DNA of 64,000 bases, from NCBI RefSeq assembly GCF_009914755.1, contig NC_060938.1. One strand, written 5' to 3'. Position 1 is the stretch's first letter; each line of letters starts with the position of its first letter. A model generated the notes under the pieces. The model worked only from the letters and a program-made list of their open reading frames with translations, was not told the DNA's origin and made no database searches. Of this stretch, positions 1 to 13,920 are shown piece after piece. Made by a program: the position numbers and the translations under genes. The DNA is from the human T2T-CHM13v2.0 reference genome, Homo sapiens.

Positions 1-1157
1 ATAAAGAGGGATTAAAGACTTAAGGGTAAAACCCTAAACTCACAAAAACCCTGGCAGATAACCTAGGCAATACCATCCTAGAGATAGAAACAGGCAAAGA
101 TTTCATGACAAAGATACCAAAAGCAATTGCAACAAAAGGAAAAATTGACTAGTGAGATCTAATTGAACTCAAGAGCTTCTGCACAGCAAAAGACATTATT
201 AACAGAGTAAACAGACAACCTACAGAATGAAAGAAAATTTCTGCAATCTATTCATCTGACAAAGGTCTAATATCCAGAGTCTACAAGGAACTTAAATTTA
301 CAAGAAAAAAAACAAACAACCCCATTAAAATGTAAGCAAAGGTCATGAACACATACATTTCAAAAGAAGACATACATGTGGCCAAGAAGCATATGAAAAA
401 AAGCTCATTATTACTGATCATTAGAGAAATACAAATCAAAACCACAATGAGATATCATCTCACACCAGTCAGAATGGCTATTATTAAAAAGTCAAAAAAT
501 AACAGACGCTGGCAAGGTGGCAGAAAAAAGGGGAAACTTATCCACTGTTACTAGGAGTGAAAATAGTTCAACCATTGTGTAAAGCAGGATGGCGATTTCT
601 CAAAGAGCTAAAAGCAGCATTATCATTTGATCCAGAAATCCTGTTACTGGGTGTATATCCAGAGGAATAAAAATCGTTCTACCATAAAGACACATGCAGG
701 TGAATGTTCATTGCAGCACTATTCACAATAGCAGACATGGAATCAACTTGAATGCTCATCAATGACAGATTGTACAAGGTACATATACACCATGAAATAC
801 TATGTAGTCATAAAAAAGAACAAGATCATGTCTTTTGTGGGAACATGGATGGAGCTGGAGGCTATTATGCTCAGCAAACTAGCACAAGAGCAGAAAACCA
901 AATACTGCATGTTCTTACCTATAAGTGGGAGCTAAATTATGAGATCTTATAAGCACAAAAAGGGAACAACAGACACTGGGGTGTATGTGAGGGTGGAGGG
1001 TGGGAGGAGGGAGAGGAGCAGAAAATATAACTATGGGGTACTGGGCTTAATTCCTGGGTGGCAAAATAATCTGTACAATAAACCCATGTGACATGAGTCT
1101 ATCTACGTAACAAAGATTTGCAGGACCCCCACACGGAATATAAAAGTAAAAAAAAAA
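1..1157 (+). mobile_element. LINE-1 3' end (ORF2 C-terminus, 3'UTR, polyA), older L1PA (L1PA13-16-like); continues off the window start
   Basis: ORF 345-554 resembles the L1 ORF2 C-terminus ([24 protein letters not shown]); L1 3'UTR motifs (gggtggagggtgggagg, ataatctgtacaataaaccc); A-tail to ~1157. Confidence 0.93.
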
Positions 1158-2394
1158 TTGGATTAGGAACAATTAAGTGATTCTTGTTATATAACTGAGG
1201 CTGGGATTTACATCCTTATTTGGGTCTATGTGAAAACCGAATTGACAGATGGAGAGAGATAAAATAGAGATAAGCAGATGAGAGAGACAGGGAGATAACA
1301 CATCACCAGGTTTATCCTCAAGAAACAGAGAAGAAACTTCTTTTCCAATTTTCCAATTTCAATTCCAGCCTCTCTGTGACAAAGCTGTGCCTCATTTACA
1401 ATACAGGGATGTCCATGGGATAACTTGATGCCGCCTTTCAACTCACATTGTAATGAATGCGTTCTCATTCTTTGAATTACAGGGATACCTTTCAAGAGGA
1501 CTGTTATTTCAAAGTGAAGTCTACAAAATCCTCCTCTGAAATAGATGTTTAGAGCAGCGGGGTGGATGAGGCTTTCTGTACATACACATACACATGATAT
1601 ATTGGATATTAATATATTGATAATATATTACTCTCATGTTAATAACATATTATAATACAAAATTATATATGCATTCATTCATTCTGCAGGTACCTTCAGT
1701 TTTGCTTTCTGACCCTTGCACTTTACCGGGCACAATGTAAGTAAAAGAAGGAGTTGAAGAGAGAACAAGAAGGGTAATTGAATTACTTCTAGAAAAAACA
1801 AGGCCAAGTGTTTGAGACACACCACCAGCTCAGAGGCAGTGAATTGAAGTAATTGTAACTAAGGAAGATAGTGAAGGTGCCACTAAGGAAGTAACTCTAT
1901 TCTTTAAAATGGAACCAGAATCATAAATTACTACTTTCTCAACAAAAGTCACAAAGATTTATGACAAACGCTTGCCAAAACACTAAAAAGGAGAAGCCAA
2001 AATAAGGCTGGAAGTTAGAGGAGGAAAAATAGAGCCTCTTAGTATGTGAGAAAGGTTTCCTTTACCCTCATCAAAGACTAAGCATTATTATGTACCAATG
2101 GCTGACTATGGGTAGCTGAGATTGCTATGCTAGAATGCAAACTGCATGTGCTGCAGGAATGAAAAAATAACTATAAAAGTTTCAAGCAAAAGGAAATCTG
2201 AAAGTAGAGAGACACAAATCTTGTAGCATGATATCCAATAAAAGTTCTTGATAAGGCCTCTGGGGAAGGAGACTGTCACCTTTCACCCTCCTCCGTTCAT
2301 TAATATGCCCTACAATTGCATGAATGAGGACATTCTTTAAAGGTTTTGATAGCTTGTCATAATTTTCAACACCCAGAAGTAGATAAAGAGACAG

Positions 2395-2601
2395 CAGAAT
2401 GTAGTGGGTACATTGAAAGTCTCTGAGAGCCATTTTGCTTGGGTATGAATCCTCACTCTTCTACCTACCAGCTCTTTGACCTTGGGAAAATCATTTAGTT
2501 TCCTGTGCCTCCGTTTCCTTCTCTGTAAAATGAGGGATAAATGAAGTTGTTCTGATGATTCAATAAGTATGTGTGTGTGTGTTTAAAACAGAGCCTAGTG
2601 C
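2395..2601 (+). mobile_element. MIR SINE fragment
   Basis: Core tgaccttgggaaaatcattt...gtttccttctctgtaaaatgaggg. Confidence 0.75.
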
Positions 2602-3972
2602 ATTTTTGATGCCAATATATCATTTTGTATTATTTAATATTTTAACCTTGTTGACTGGTCTTATACAAAATGACCCATACATTTTAACTCTGTACTTAAA
2701 ACAACAGTAAAATGAAAACTCAGTTAACACAGTGTCATTACTTAATGAAATGTCTGTATGAAGATGGAGCAGAAAATGGGAAACACTGGGTAAGAAGTTG
2801 AAGAAACAAGACCTTATCCTATAATAATGGGTAGTTATGGAAAGTAGTAGCTTACAGAAGTGACACATTGACAGTGATGTGGGTTTTGCATTTCTACAAG
2901 GTAAGTACAGGACAGAGACAGCTGAGGAGTGGAAGGCAATCAGTACAGTGTTGCAATCCTCTAACAATCCAAGTATTTCTAGGTGAGTAACAGTGACATA
3001 GACAGTCTTAGGATAGCCTCAAACCAACTTCGTGAGCCCTTTTCCAGTTATCTAAGGTCCTGACTATCCGTAATCGTAAAAAATGTCTCAAAGAAAGAAA
3101 AGAGTAATGAATAGATTTCTTCTTTATGGGAGTTAAAAACTGAATATAATTATGGCAGCTTCAAAGTAGACGGACACATGTTGGTTTTGCTGCTCTTCAT
3201 CCTGTGCTGCAGTTGAAAAGTCTGACCCCAATTATTTGTCCCTGTGTGCTATAAAATTCTTAATCAGAGCTGAGTAGAATAAGTAGTCTTTGTTTCTGAA
3301 GCCTATTCAAAGAAAGGCTTATGTGAATACCAACTCTGATTGTGATGAGGACTAAGAGTTGAGACCAAAATTAATCCAATTCTAAACGACACTTAATAAG
3401 TCAGCGAACACAAAGATAGGCTGGAATCCTTAGCTGTGCCCAGCAAAACTTCTTCAGACCTCATAAACTGAATTTCTTATGGTGTTTTTTTTTGTTTAAA
3501 TAAGGAGTTAAATAGTATTAAAATCAAGCTTAAACCAGTGAGGAAATTTTTTAAAGTATATTTTAGTTAAATTCGACACCTCTTTTGGATATAATGGATA
3601 TAAATGCCAGGTGCATTGCTTTTCACATGATTTCATCTCATTGCAAACTGTGTGAGCATACAAGGAATCTTGAGAATTTACTAGGCAAATAATAATCATT
3701 TAAATTGCCTTTAAAATGTCAAATCTGCTCCATACTGAGGGCTGAAAATTTGAAAAAAATATTTTTTCAGGTTTTACATGAATGGGAAAACTCTAGAAAT
3801 AAGTATGATTCTATTCTATCTGATTGCTATATGCATGATATACTCCAAAGAAATATGAAAATTATATACGATGACCTACATAATAGCATAATATAAATAT
3901 TCAAAAACTGCTAAGTCAAGAGGCTTATTTAACATTATTTTGGATTAGATTTGGAAAGAAATCAGCATTTTC

Positions 3973-4677
3973 TTTTTTTTTCTTTTTTTATTATACTTTA
4001 AGTTTTAGGGTACATGTGCACAATGTGCAGGTTTGTTACATATGTATACATGTGCCATGTTGGTGTGCTGCACCCATTAACTCATCATTTAACATTAGGT
4101 GTATCTCCTAATGCTATCCCTCCCCACTCCCCGACCCCACAACAGGCCCTGGTGTGTGAGTTCCCCTTCCTGTGACCATGTGTTCTCATTGTTCAGTTCC
4201 CACCTATGAGTGAGAATATGCGGTGTTTGGTTTTTTGTCCTTGCAATAGTTTGCTGAGAATGATGGTTTCCAGCTTCATCCACGTCCGTACAAAGGACAA
4301 GAACTCATCATTTTTATGGCTGCATAGTATTCCATGGTGTATATGTGCCACATTTTCTTAATCCAGTCTATCGTTGTTGGACATTTGGGTTGGTTCCAAG
4401 TCTTTGCTATTGTGAATAGTGCCGCAATAAACATACGTGTGCATGTGTCTTTATAGCAGCATGATTTATAGTCCTTTGGGTATATACCCAGTAATGGGAT
4501 GGCTGGGTCAAATGGTATTTTTAGTTCAAGATCCCTGAGGAATCGCCACACTGACTTCCACAATGGTTGAACTAGTTTACAGTCCCACCAACAGTGTAAA
4601 AGTGTTCCTATTTCTCCACATCCTCTCCAGCACCTGTTGTTTCCCGACATTTTAATGATCGCCATTCTAACTGGTGT
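3973..4677 (-). mobile_element. 5'-truncated L1PA4/5-like LINE-1 (~0.7 kb)
   Basis: polyT then ttatactttaagttttagggtacatgtgcac; ORF 4276-4689 is the ORF2 C-terminus (CWRGCGEIGTLLHCWWDCKLVQPLWK); TSD tcagca(t/c)tttc at 3962-3972 and 4677-4687. Confidence 0.95.
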
Positions 4678-4904
4678 CAGCACTTTCATGTTATATTAGA
4701 AGGGCAGCCTGAAAGCTAAAATCTATAAAAATACAGAAACTGGGTATCTGCTATCCCCTTCTCCACATCTCTTCTCTGTATAAAAGAAAGGTAAAATGTC
4801 CAAGGAGTTGAAACAGTCAGTAACCCCACAGGCAGGCTCACTGTAAGGTCAGCTCCATCACAGTGGCAGCTAGGAGATTTTGTGAGGCTTCCTGTGGGAT
4901 AGGG

Positions 4905-5544
4905 TTTTTTTTTCATCTTTTTATTTATTTATTTATTTTTATTTTTTTTTGATGCTTTCAATTCTGGGTTACAAGTGCAGAACGTGCAGTTTTGTTACAT
5001 AGGTATACACGTGCCACGGCGGTTCGCTGCACCCACCAACCTGTCAGCTACATTAGGTATTTCTCTAATACTATCCTTCCCCCAGCCCCCCACCCCATGA
5101 GAGGCCCCACTGTGTGATGTTCCCTTCCTTATGTCCATGTGTTCTCATTGTTCAACTCTCACTTATAGGTGCGAACATGCGGTGTTTGGTTTTCTGATCT
5201 TGTGACAGTTTGCTGAGAATGATGGTTGCTAGCTTCATACATGTCCCTGCAAAGGGCATGAACTCATCCTTTTTTATGGCGGCATAGTATTCCATGGTGT
5301 ATATGTGCCACATTTTCTTAATCCAGTCTATCATTGATGGACATTTGGGTTGGTTCCAAGTCTTTGCTATTGTGAATAGTGCCACAATAAACATATGTGT
5401 GCATGTGTCTTTATCGTAGAATGATTTATAATCCTTTGGATATATGCCCAGTAGTGGGATTGCTGGGTAGAATGGTATTTCTAGTTCTAGATCCTTGAGG
5501 AATAGCCACACTGTCTTCCACAATGGTTGAACTAATTTACAATC
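4905..5544 (-). mobile_element. 5'-truncated L1PA7/8-like LINE-1 (~0.64 kb)
   Basis: T-rich tail, gtgcagaacgtgcag...ataggtatacacgtgcc 3'UTR, ORF2 C-terminus in ORF 5152-5673; TSD cctgtgggatagg at 4891-4903 and 5545-5557. Confidence 0.95.
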
Positions 5545-7043
5545 CCTGTGGGATAGGTTTAATGGGACTTCCATTAAAGGATTACCCACCATTTCTGTCA
5601 AAATTAAGAATGAAAAATTATCCCAGGAGTAGCTATTTCCAGTGGCCAAATTGTCATCAATTAATGAAAGCACGGAAGTGATGCTGATTTTATACTTAGT
5701 AATGAGACTATTTTTCCCTTAAAGTTTATAGGAAATTATCAGGGAGTGAATTTACATATTATGATTTACCAGAAACAGTGGATTCACTTATAAGTGTTAT
5801 CTGAAGGTTGGTGGCAATGGGCAGAAATATGGGAAGATTAGGGACTTCTCTACTTGGGGTGGTATTGGAGGTGAGGTTGTAAATTATACTCACCACTGTT
5901 TTAGTGTCCTCAAATATTGTGAGTTGATAGTGCAAGGAATAAGTGTGTCTGTTTTTTTTCTTTTGTATCTTGCCAGGTACGTGGTAGATGGCTGTTAGAA
6001 TAAAAATTAAAGATGAGGGGGAGATATTCATGAGCATTCTTCTGTTCTTGTGATTAATGGTATTAATGGAGTTTTTTTTTTTTTCACTGACAGACTCTGG
6101 ATGTTGTCACCTTACCATTTTTGCACAGTCTATGCTAAATCACTTAGCAGTGAGAAAGTTGTAAAATTGTCTTGACATTTAAAAAATAGCACTTTATTTC
6201 TACTCTAGATTAAACTAGTTACACATGTTTTAAAATCAAGTAAATCAAAACGTGGAAGAAAAATCATTATATGAACCAATCTAAGAAATACAATTTTAGG
6301 AAAATGTTTATTTATTCAAGGAACAATTATATCATGACAGCATTTTCCCCCATTTTTAGAACTAGTCTTCTCTGGCAAAATGCTTTCTATTTTTAATTTA
6401 AAAACATCTAGTTTTGCTTACATGGATTTACTCAATTCAAATAAAATAACTGATAATAGATGTTGTTATTTGGTTAGTGTGCAAATAATTCTAAATTTCA
6501 ACATTGCCTCAATCCTCTTAGTGGCATATTTACTCATTGGGAATTAATTTAGTAAAAAACTCTATGAAAGCAAAAAAACATGGAAAGCTTGGAAAGCAAA
6601 ATAATTCTTGTGTTCTTTAAGAGTTCCAATTTTATATAATAATAATAATTAACTAAATTGGAAGTTAATAGCTGAAAAATCGTTTATATCACTTTCCAAA
6701 TAACTTTAAGCTTGTTACAAGACCAGGCTTGTACAAATAGAATGTTTATGGTGTTATTATATTTTCAGGGAATACTGGATAAAATGCTTTTCATTCAAGG
6801 CAATGTAATACAGTGGGGAACAGGAAATAAATAGAAAACAATAATGTGAACTATGTGATTCTTTTTCTTCCTTTTAATTGTAAGAGTAACATAACAAAAC
6901 TAATGATAATCCAGAAAAAGGGAGAAAAAGTATACGCAATCCACTACCCCAGCACAATTAATTCATTATTAGTTATTGCATTTTGAGTTACTCCTATATA
7001 CATATTTTACCTATAAAATAAATGGTCATATTCATAGTATATA

Positions 7044-7348
7044 CAGTCATGTGTTGATTAATGACAGGGACACATTCTGAGAAATGCATCACTAGGCAAT
7101 TCTGTCATTGTGCAAACATCATGGACTATACTTACACAAACCTAGATGGTCTGGCCTACTGCACACCTAGGTTATATGGCATAGCCTATCACGTCTAGGC
7201 TACAAATCTGTGCAGCAAGTTACTGTACTGAATACTTCAGGCAATTATAACACAATGGCATTAGTGTATCTGAACATATCTAAACAAAGAAAAGGTATAC
7301 TAAAATACTGTATTCTAATCTTATGAGGCCACTGTCTCATGGGACCAC
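7044..7348. mobile_element. Tigger3a (MER7A-type) TcMar-Tigger non-autonomous DNA transposon, one end truncated
   Basis: TA|cagtcatg terminus, then cattctgagaaatgc, cttacacaaacctagatgg, gttactgtactgaatac, taatcttatg as in the Tigger3a consensus; far TIR not visible. Confidence 0.85.
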
Positions 7349-7574
7349 AAGCAGACCTTGTCTGCTTCCACGACAAGGTAATGTAGGTTTAGTTAATGCC
7401 AGTGGAGGTTAGAATGAAATGGTTGGAGTGGATTTAGTATATTAGCCAGCCATGTCCTAGACATGGTGGCAACAAAGAAAGAAGAAAATAAGGTGGGGGA
7501 ACTTGACTATCATGAAGCATAGAGGGAAGGGGTGAAGATGTTTAATGCAAGAAGCTGTGGAGAGGGCTCCTTCT

Positions 7575-7750
7575 TTTACCAGCTGGATAACTTTAAAAGC
7601 CCGAGCCTCCAATTCCTCAGCTGTTGAATGGAGAAAATTATAATGATGCCTACTTCATGGAATGGTTGTATGACTTAATGAGTTTATACATGAAGGGTGA
7701 TTACAGGAGTGTCTGGCTTTTTTTAAAAAAACTCAAAAATGTTACTTCTT
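7575..7750 (+). mobile_element. MIR SINE fragment
   Basis: gagcctccaattcctcagctgttgaatgg...gcctacttcatggaatggttgt resembles the MIR core. Confidence 0.6.
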
Positions 7751-8339
7751 GTTGATAGTATTCTCCAACCAATTAAAAAGACAATTCTACAGTTGTATAA
7801 CTGAGGGTTAGAACCCAGGAGGTTGATTTGGGGAAATGCGAGTAGAAGCACATGAATGCCCAATGGGAGGAAAAACCTGCATGATCCAGGTTATTTATAA
7901 TAGAGGACACCTGGGCGCAAGGTGTGCCATGAGTTTATGAGGATAAATAGAAGGATATGAAGAAGCAGCTACAATAGGAAGAGTCACCAATCAGAGCAAG
8001 TGTGAGGTCACAGGGGCACAGACCCCACTGGCTCAGTCCATTGGCAGCCCTGCTCTGTGGTTCTAATTCCACTCATTTTGAGTAGTTAGAGCTAGGGGTC
8101 TCCCTCCAAGTCACAGAGTATGACAGGTTCCAAAAATATGCCATGGATGTAACAACTCTCACTTATTACATAAACTATAACAATACTAATAAACAACTTG
8201 GAATAATCATAGCCTTAGCAGTGCCTAAGAGAATATATTGTACTCTAAAACAATTTTTGAGAGAGCAAGGCTTTTCGTGTTTTAAAATGAAATTTTTTAA
8301 AAACAAAGGCAGAAGTAAAAAAGAGAAGCACCAATAAAC

Positions 8340-11300
8340 TTCAATAAATTAATATTAACCTCTTTTAAATGTAAAAAACACTATGAAGAAAATTGAAAAG
8401 CAAAAGACGGGGACTGCAAAATAAAGAGTGAAAAGATTAATATTATGATATGTAAAAAGGCTTACAAAGAAAATTCCCAAAATGAATACTCCAATAAAAA
8501 AAGAATAAGATTATCATATAAACAGAACTAAAGACAAAAAACACATAATTATCTCAATAGACACAGAAAAGGCCTTCAATAAAATTCAATATCCCTTCAT
8601 GTTAAAAACTCTCAATAAACTAGATATTGAAAGAACATAACTCAAAATATTAAGAGCCATGTATGACATATATGACAAACCATAACCAATATCATACTGA
8701 ATGGGTAAAAGTTGGAAGCCTTCCCCTTGAAAACTTGCACAAGACAAGTATGCCCTCTCTCACCACTCCTATTCAACATAGTACTGGAAGTTCTGGCCAG
8801 GGCAGTTAGCCAAGAGAAATAAATAAAGGGTATTCAAATAGGAAGAGAGGAAGTCAAATTATATTTGTTTGCAGATGACACGATCCTATATCTAGAAAAC
8901 CCGACTGTCTCAGCCTAAAAACTTCTTAAGCTGATAAACAACTTCAGCAAACTCTCAGGATACAAAAGACAATGTGCAAAAATCACTAGCATTCCTATAC
9001 ACCAATAAAAGGCAAGATGAGAGCCAAATCATAAATAAACTCCAATTCTAAACTGATACAAAGAGAATAAAATACCTAGGAATACAGCTAACATGGGAAC
9101 TGAAGGACATCTTCAAGAAGAACTCAAACCACTTCTCAAGGAAATCAGAGAGGACACAAGCAAATGGAAAAACATTCCATGTTCATGGATAGGAAGAATC
9201 AATATCATGAAAATGGCCATATTTCCCAAAGCAATTTATAGATTCAATGCTATTCCCATTAAACTACCACTGACATTCTTCCCAGAATTAGAAAAAAAAA
9301 GCTAATTTAAAATATATATGGAACCAAAAATGAGCCTGTATAGCCAAGACAATCCTAAGCAAAAAGAACAAAGCTGGAGGCATCATGCTACCTCACTTTG
9401 AACTATACTACAATGCTACAGTAACCAAAACGTCACGGTACTGGTCCAAAAACAGACCCATGGACCAATGGAACAGAATAGAGTACTCAGAAATAAGACC
9501 ACATACCTACAACTATCTGATCTCCGACAACCCTGACAAAAACAAGCAATGGGGAAAGGATTCCCTACTTAATATATGGTGCTGGGAACTGGCTAGCCAT
9601 ATGCAGAAAATTGAAACTGGACCCCTTCCTTATACCTTATACAAAAATTAACTCAAATAGATTAAAGACTTAAATGTAAAACGCAAAACTATAGAAACTC
9701 TAGAAGAAAATCTAGGCAATACCATCAGTACTTAGGCGTGGGTGAAGATTTCATGACGAAAATGCCAAAAGCTATTGCAACAAAAGCAAAAATTGACAAA
9801 TGGGGGCTAATTAAACTAAAGAGTTCCTGCACATCAAAAAGAAACTATCAACAGAGTAAACAGATGACCTACAGAATGGGAGAAAATTTTTGCAATCTAT
9901 CTATCTGACAAAGGTTTAATATCCAGAGTCTATAAGGAACATAAACAAATTTAAAGAAAAAACAACCCCGTTAAAAAGTGAGCAAAGGACATGCACAGAC
10001 ACTTCTTAAAAGAAGATATTCATGTGGCCAAGAAACATATTGAAGGTCAACTTCACTCATCATTAGAGAAATGCAAATCAGTACCACAATGAGATACCAT
10101 CTTGTGCCAGTTAGAATGGCAATTATTAAAAAGTCAAGAAACAACAGATACTGGCGAGGTTGTGGAGAAAAAGGAACACTTTTAACACTGTTGGTGGGAA
10201 TATAAATTAGTTCAACCATTACAGAAGACAGTGCGGCAATTCCTCAGAGATGCAGACAGCAGAAATATCATTTGACCCAGCAATCTCATTACTGGCTATA
10301 TACCCGAAAGAATATAAATCATTCTATTATAAGGATACATGCACGTGTATGTTCATTGAAGCATTACTGACAATAAAAAGACATGGAATCAACGCAAAAG
10401 CCCATCAATGATAGACTGGATAAAGAAAATGTGGTACACAGACACCATGTAATACTATGCAGCCATAAAAAGGAATGAGATTATATCCTTTCAGGGACAT
10501 AGATGGAGCTCGAAGCCATTACCCTCAGCAAACTAATGCAGGAACAGAAAATCAAACACTGCATGTTCTCACTTATAAGGGGGAGCTGAACTATGAGAAC
10601 ACATGAACACAGTAGTAGAGGGAACAAAACACACTGGGGCCTGTCAGGGATCGGGGAGCATCAGAAAGAACAGAAAAGGCATGCTGGACTTAATACCTAG
10701 GTGATGGGTTGATCATATATCATGTTTGTCATGTTTGACATGTTTGTGCAGCAAACAGCCATGACATATGTTTTCACCTATGCAACAAACCTGTGCATCC
10801 TGCACATGTACCCTGGAACTTAAAAGTTTAAGAATAAAAATAAAATAAAAGAATAAACTTAAAGTAAAAAAAATCAATTTAAAATCAATTTAACAAATTT
10901 TAATAGCTAAAAAGCATATATAAAAATGTTCAAGCTGAGTATTAGGCAAAGATCCATGAATATAAACAACTTGCCAAATTATCAAAAGTATAACAATATG
11001 CACATATATGTGAAATCTAGTGTTGGACATGAAGAAAAGGGCAGTCACACTTGCTAGGAGTATAAAATGTCAAAAATATTCGAGTGCACAATTCAACAAA
11101 ACTTAACAAAACTCTCATAAATGTTTATAAATTTAATCTAGAATATCCTAAACAATAAAATAATGTTAAATAAGTTTTAGAGACACACGTAAACAACTTA
11201 GGTTTTTTTTTGTAAAATAAAGATTGAGACAAAATAAGTGCTTACTGATAAGAAATTTGTTAAGGAAATGAATATATTTGTTAATCAAATATCATATGAT

Positions 11301-11560
11301 GTCATTGAATTTGATCTCAAAAGTATTTACTGGCCTATAAATATATTCCTGAGTGAAGAAAAAAAATAGAAAACAAACACAGTGAAACTTTTTTTTTATG
11401 GATACATTTTATATAAATTTGTGCCTAGAAAAAATCTGAGGGACACAGAGTTTATCATTTAGCATGAGATTATATATATTTAAATTAGTCTTATTTTCCC
11501 TAATTCATGTTTTATAAATTTTCAGTAACAAATATGGACATACGTGTATGGGTATGTAAT
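8340..11560 (+). mobile_element. Old, highly diverged L1M 3' region (pieces ~8340-8508 and ~10857-11560) interrupted by a younger L1PA
   Basis: Degenerate ORF2-end motifs (aaagcatatataaaaatgttcaa, tgttggacatgaagaaaagggcagtcacacttgctagg) on both sides of the younger insertion. Confidence 0.55.
8509..10850 (+). mobile_element. 5'-truncated L1PA10-12-like LINE-1 (~2.3 kb; RT domain to polyA), ORF2 disrupted
   Basis: ORF2 RT motifs (ttgtttgcagatgac; [14 protein letters not shown] in ORF 9093-9305), 3'UTR and A-tail; probable TSD aaaagaataa. Confidence 0.95.
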
Positions 11561-11599
11561 AGAGAAAATATAATTGAAAATATAAAAACACGACTTTTG

Positions 11600-12095
<496 letters not shown>

Positions 12096-12689
12096 TTTTT
12101 TTTCAGTTTTTAGTCATTTTATTTGTAAGAGCTTTAAGATTCAAGATGTTAGAAAACATGTATTTCAATTTTAATATCTTTGGAACCTAAAGTAGTGTCA
12201 AGTAGAAAGTAATTCATTGTGAAATGGAAGGAAGACTGAATGCACGATATGGAAAGCAAGCTCCCACTTCATTAATGTCTCAACCAGAGTCCATACGCTG
12301 ATTCTTCTGATTTTGCCAAGTCCTTACCCACGTTTTCATTTATGAATCTAACTCTGATTTTTGCTTTATGAAGCTTTTGTCTTTACCTGATTTAAGTAAT
12401 TACTGGTTCTCAACTTTGATTTCTATCTTGGACTTAAGTTATTCCTGAATGCCAAATTATATGTAATATTTGACCAAAGGCCCTCCAGCATGACAATTTC
12501 AGTTTCTTTGTGCTAACCCTCTGTCTGAGATATAAGAATGATATTCATTCATTCATAAGAGAGAAATTCTAATAGAATAAATATGTGAGAAGGATATTGC
12601 CTAGCTTTAATCGAGAAAAAAAACTGTGACATCCCAGAGAGATTCCCACTTACATGTGTCAAGAACCCTGTCAGATCATCAAGCAAACC

Positions 12690-12820
12690 TCTTTCTTTTA
12701 TAGAGGAGAAAACTTTGTCCCTGAAGGTTAAGGCACCTGTCCATGCCAAAACAGCTAATTAGTAAAAGAACTCAGTTCAGACCTTCTTATTCCCAGACTA
12801 CTGCCCTTCCCACCGTATCT
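12690..12820 (-). mobile_element. MIR fragment
   Basis: ttttatagaggagaaaact...gaaggttaagg...cacctgtcc...acagctaattagt. Confidence 0.55.
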
Positions 12821-13204
12821 TGCTGCTTTTAAGGTACTTAAAAATAGACTCAGTGCTGCTGGAACATATTATTTTTGTTCTTAAAATGGACAAGACTTCT
12901 TGTATTCTAGTTCACAATGCCAAAGGCAAAACTCAACCTTACATACTTTTTCTAAAGAAAATAAAAGTTTAACCTTAAAAAGTTTCAGTTGACTAGTAGA
13001 AATTTAGTCTTCAATATGATTTATTAGCCAAACTTCAGTGCAGAGCTTTCTTGTGTTACTTGAAGGAGACATATTTTTAACATGCAGACATATTGCATGT
13101 ATTCTAAAAGAACACATTGATGGCCAAAACAAAAGGTTATTCAATATCAAATGTTGTATTCCATGATATTTTTATTAAAAATTCAATTGTATTTGAAAAT
13201 ATTA

Positions 13205-13494
13205 TTATTATTTAGAGACAGGATCTCTCTCTGTCACCCAGGCTGGAGTGCTATGGCGCTATCACAGGTCACCGCAGCCTTCACCTCCTGGCTCAAGTGA
13301 TCCTCCCACCTCAGCCTCCTGAGAGCTGGGACTACAGGTGCCCGATACCATGACTGGCTAATTTTTGTATTTTTTTGCAGAGATGGGGTTTCACCATGTT
13401 GCCCAGGCTGGTCTCAAACTCCTGGGCTCAAGCGATCCACCCACCTCAGCCTCCCAAAGTGCTTGGACTACGGACATGAGCCACTGCACCTGGT
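13205..13494 (-). mobile_element. AluJ (Jo/Jr-like)
   Basis: Antisense Alu with J-type ctcctgggctcaagcgatcc and gatcctcccacctcagcc. Confidence 0.95.
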
Positions 13495-13920
13495 TGCAAA
13501 CATTATTTTATATATGTTTTAATATACAAGAGCAGTATCTCTCCTAGTGACCCTTCTCTGATGAGGGAAAACACATTGAGAAAAATCTCCTGTGAGTTAG
13601 AGATTAAGTGGAGAATGTTTGACCAATGGATGACAGATCACGCTAAATAGATGAGTGAAAGACATGGCTTTGAAGAATTAGAAATCTTTTGACATCTTGA
13701 AGCCTTTGAAATGATAAGTAGTTTATGAGGAGCCTCACTTTGGGCTTTTCGTGGGCAAGTCAGATTTTGCAATAGTTCCATCAAAAGAAAATATCCACAA
13801 TGCTTATTTTAAAACAATTAGTTCCGAGAGTAACAGTAGCAGACTCTTTGTGGTAACAATCTTATAAACATGTTAAATTTTTTCTCAAACTTAATTTGCA
13901 AGGTGATTTGCATATAATAA

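Noticed and set aside
4095-5673. 137-aa and 173-aa minus-strand ORFs
   Set aside because: They are L1 ORF2 C-terminal remnants of 5'-truncated copies, not genes
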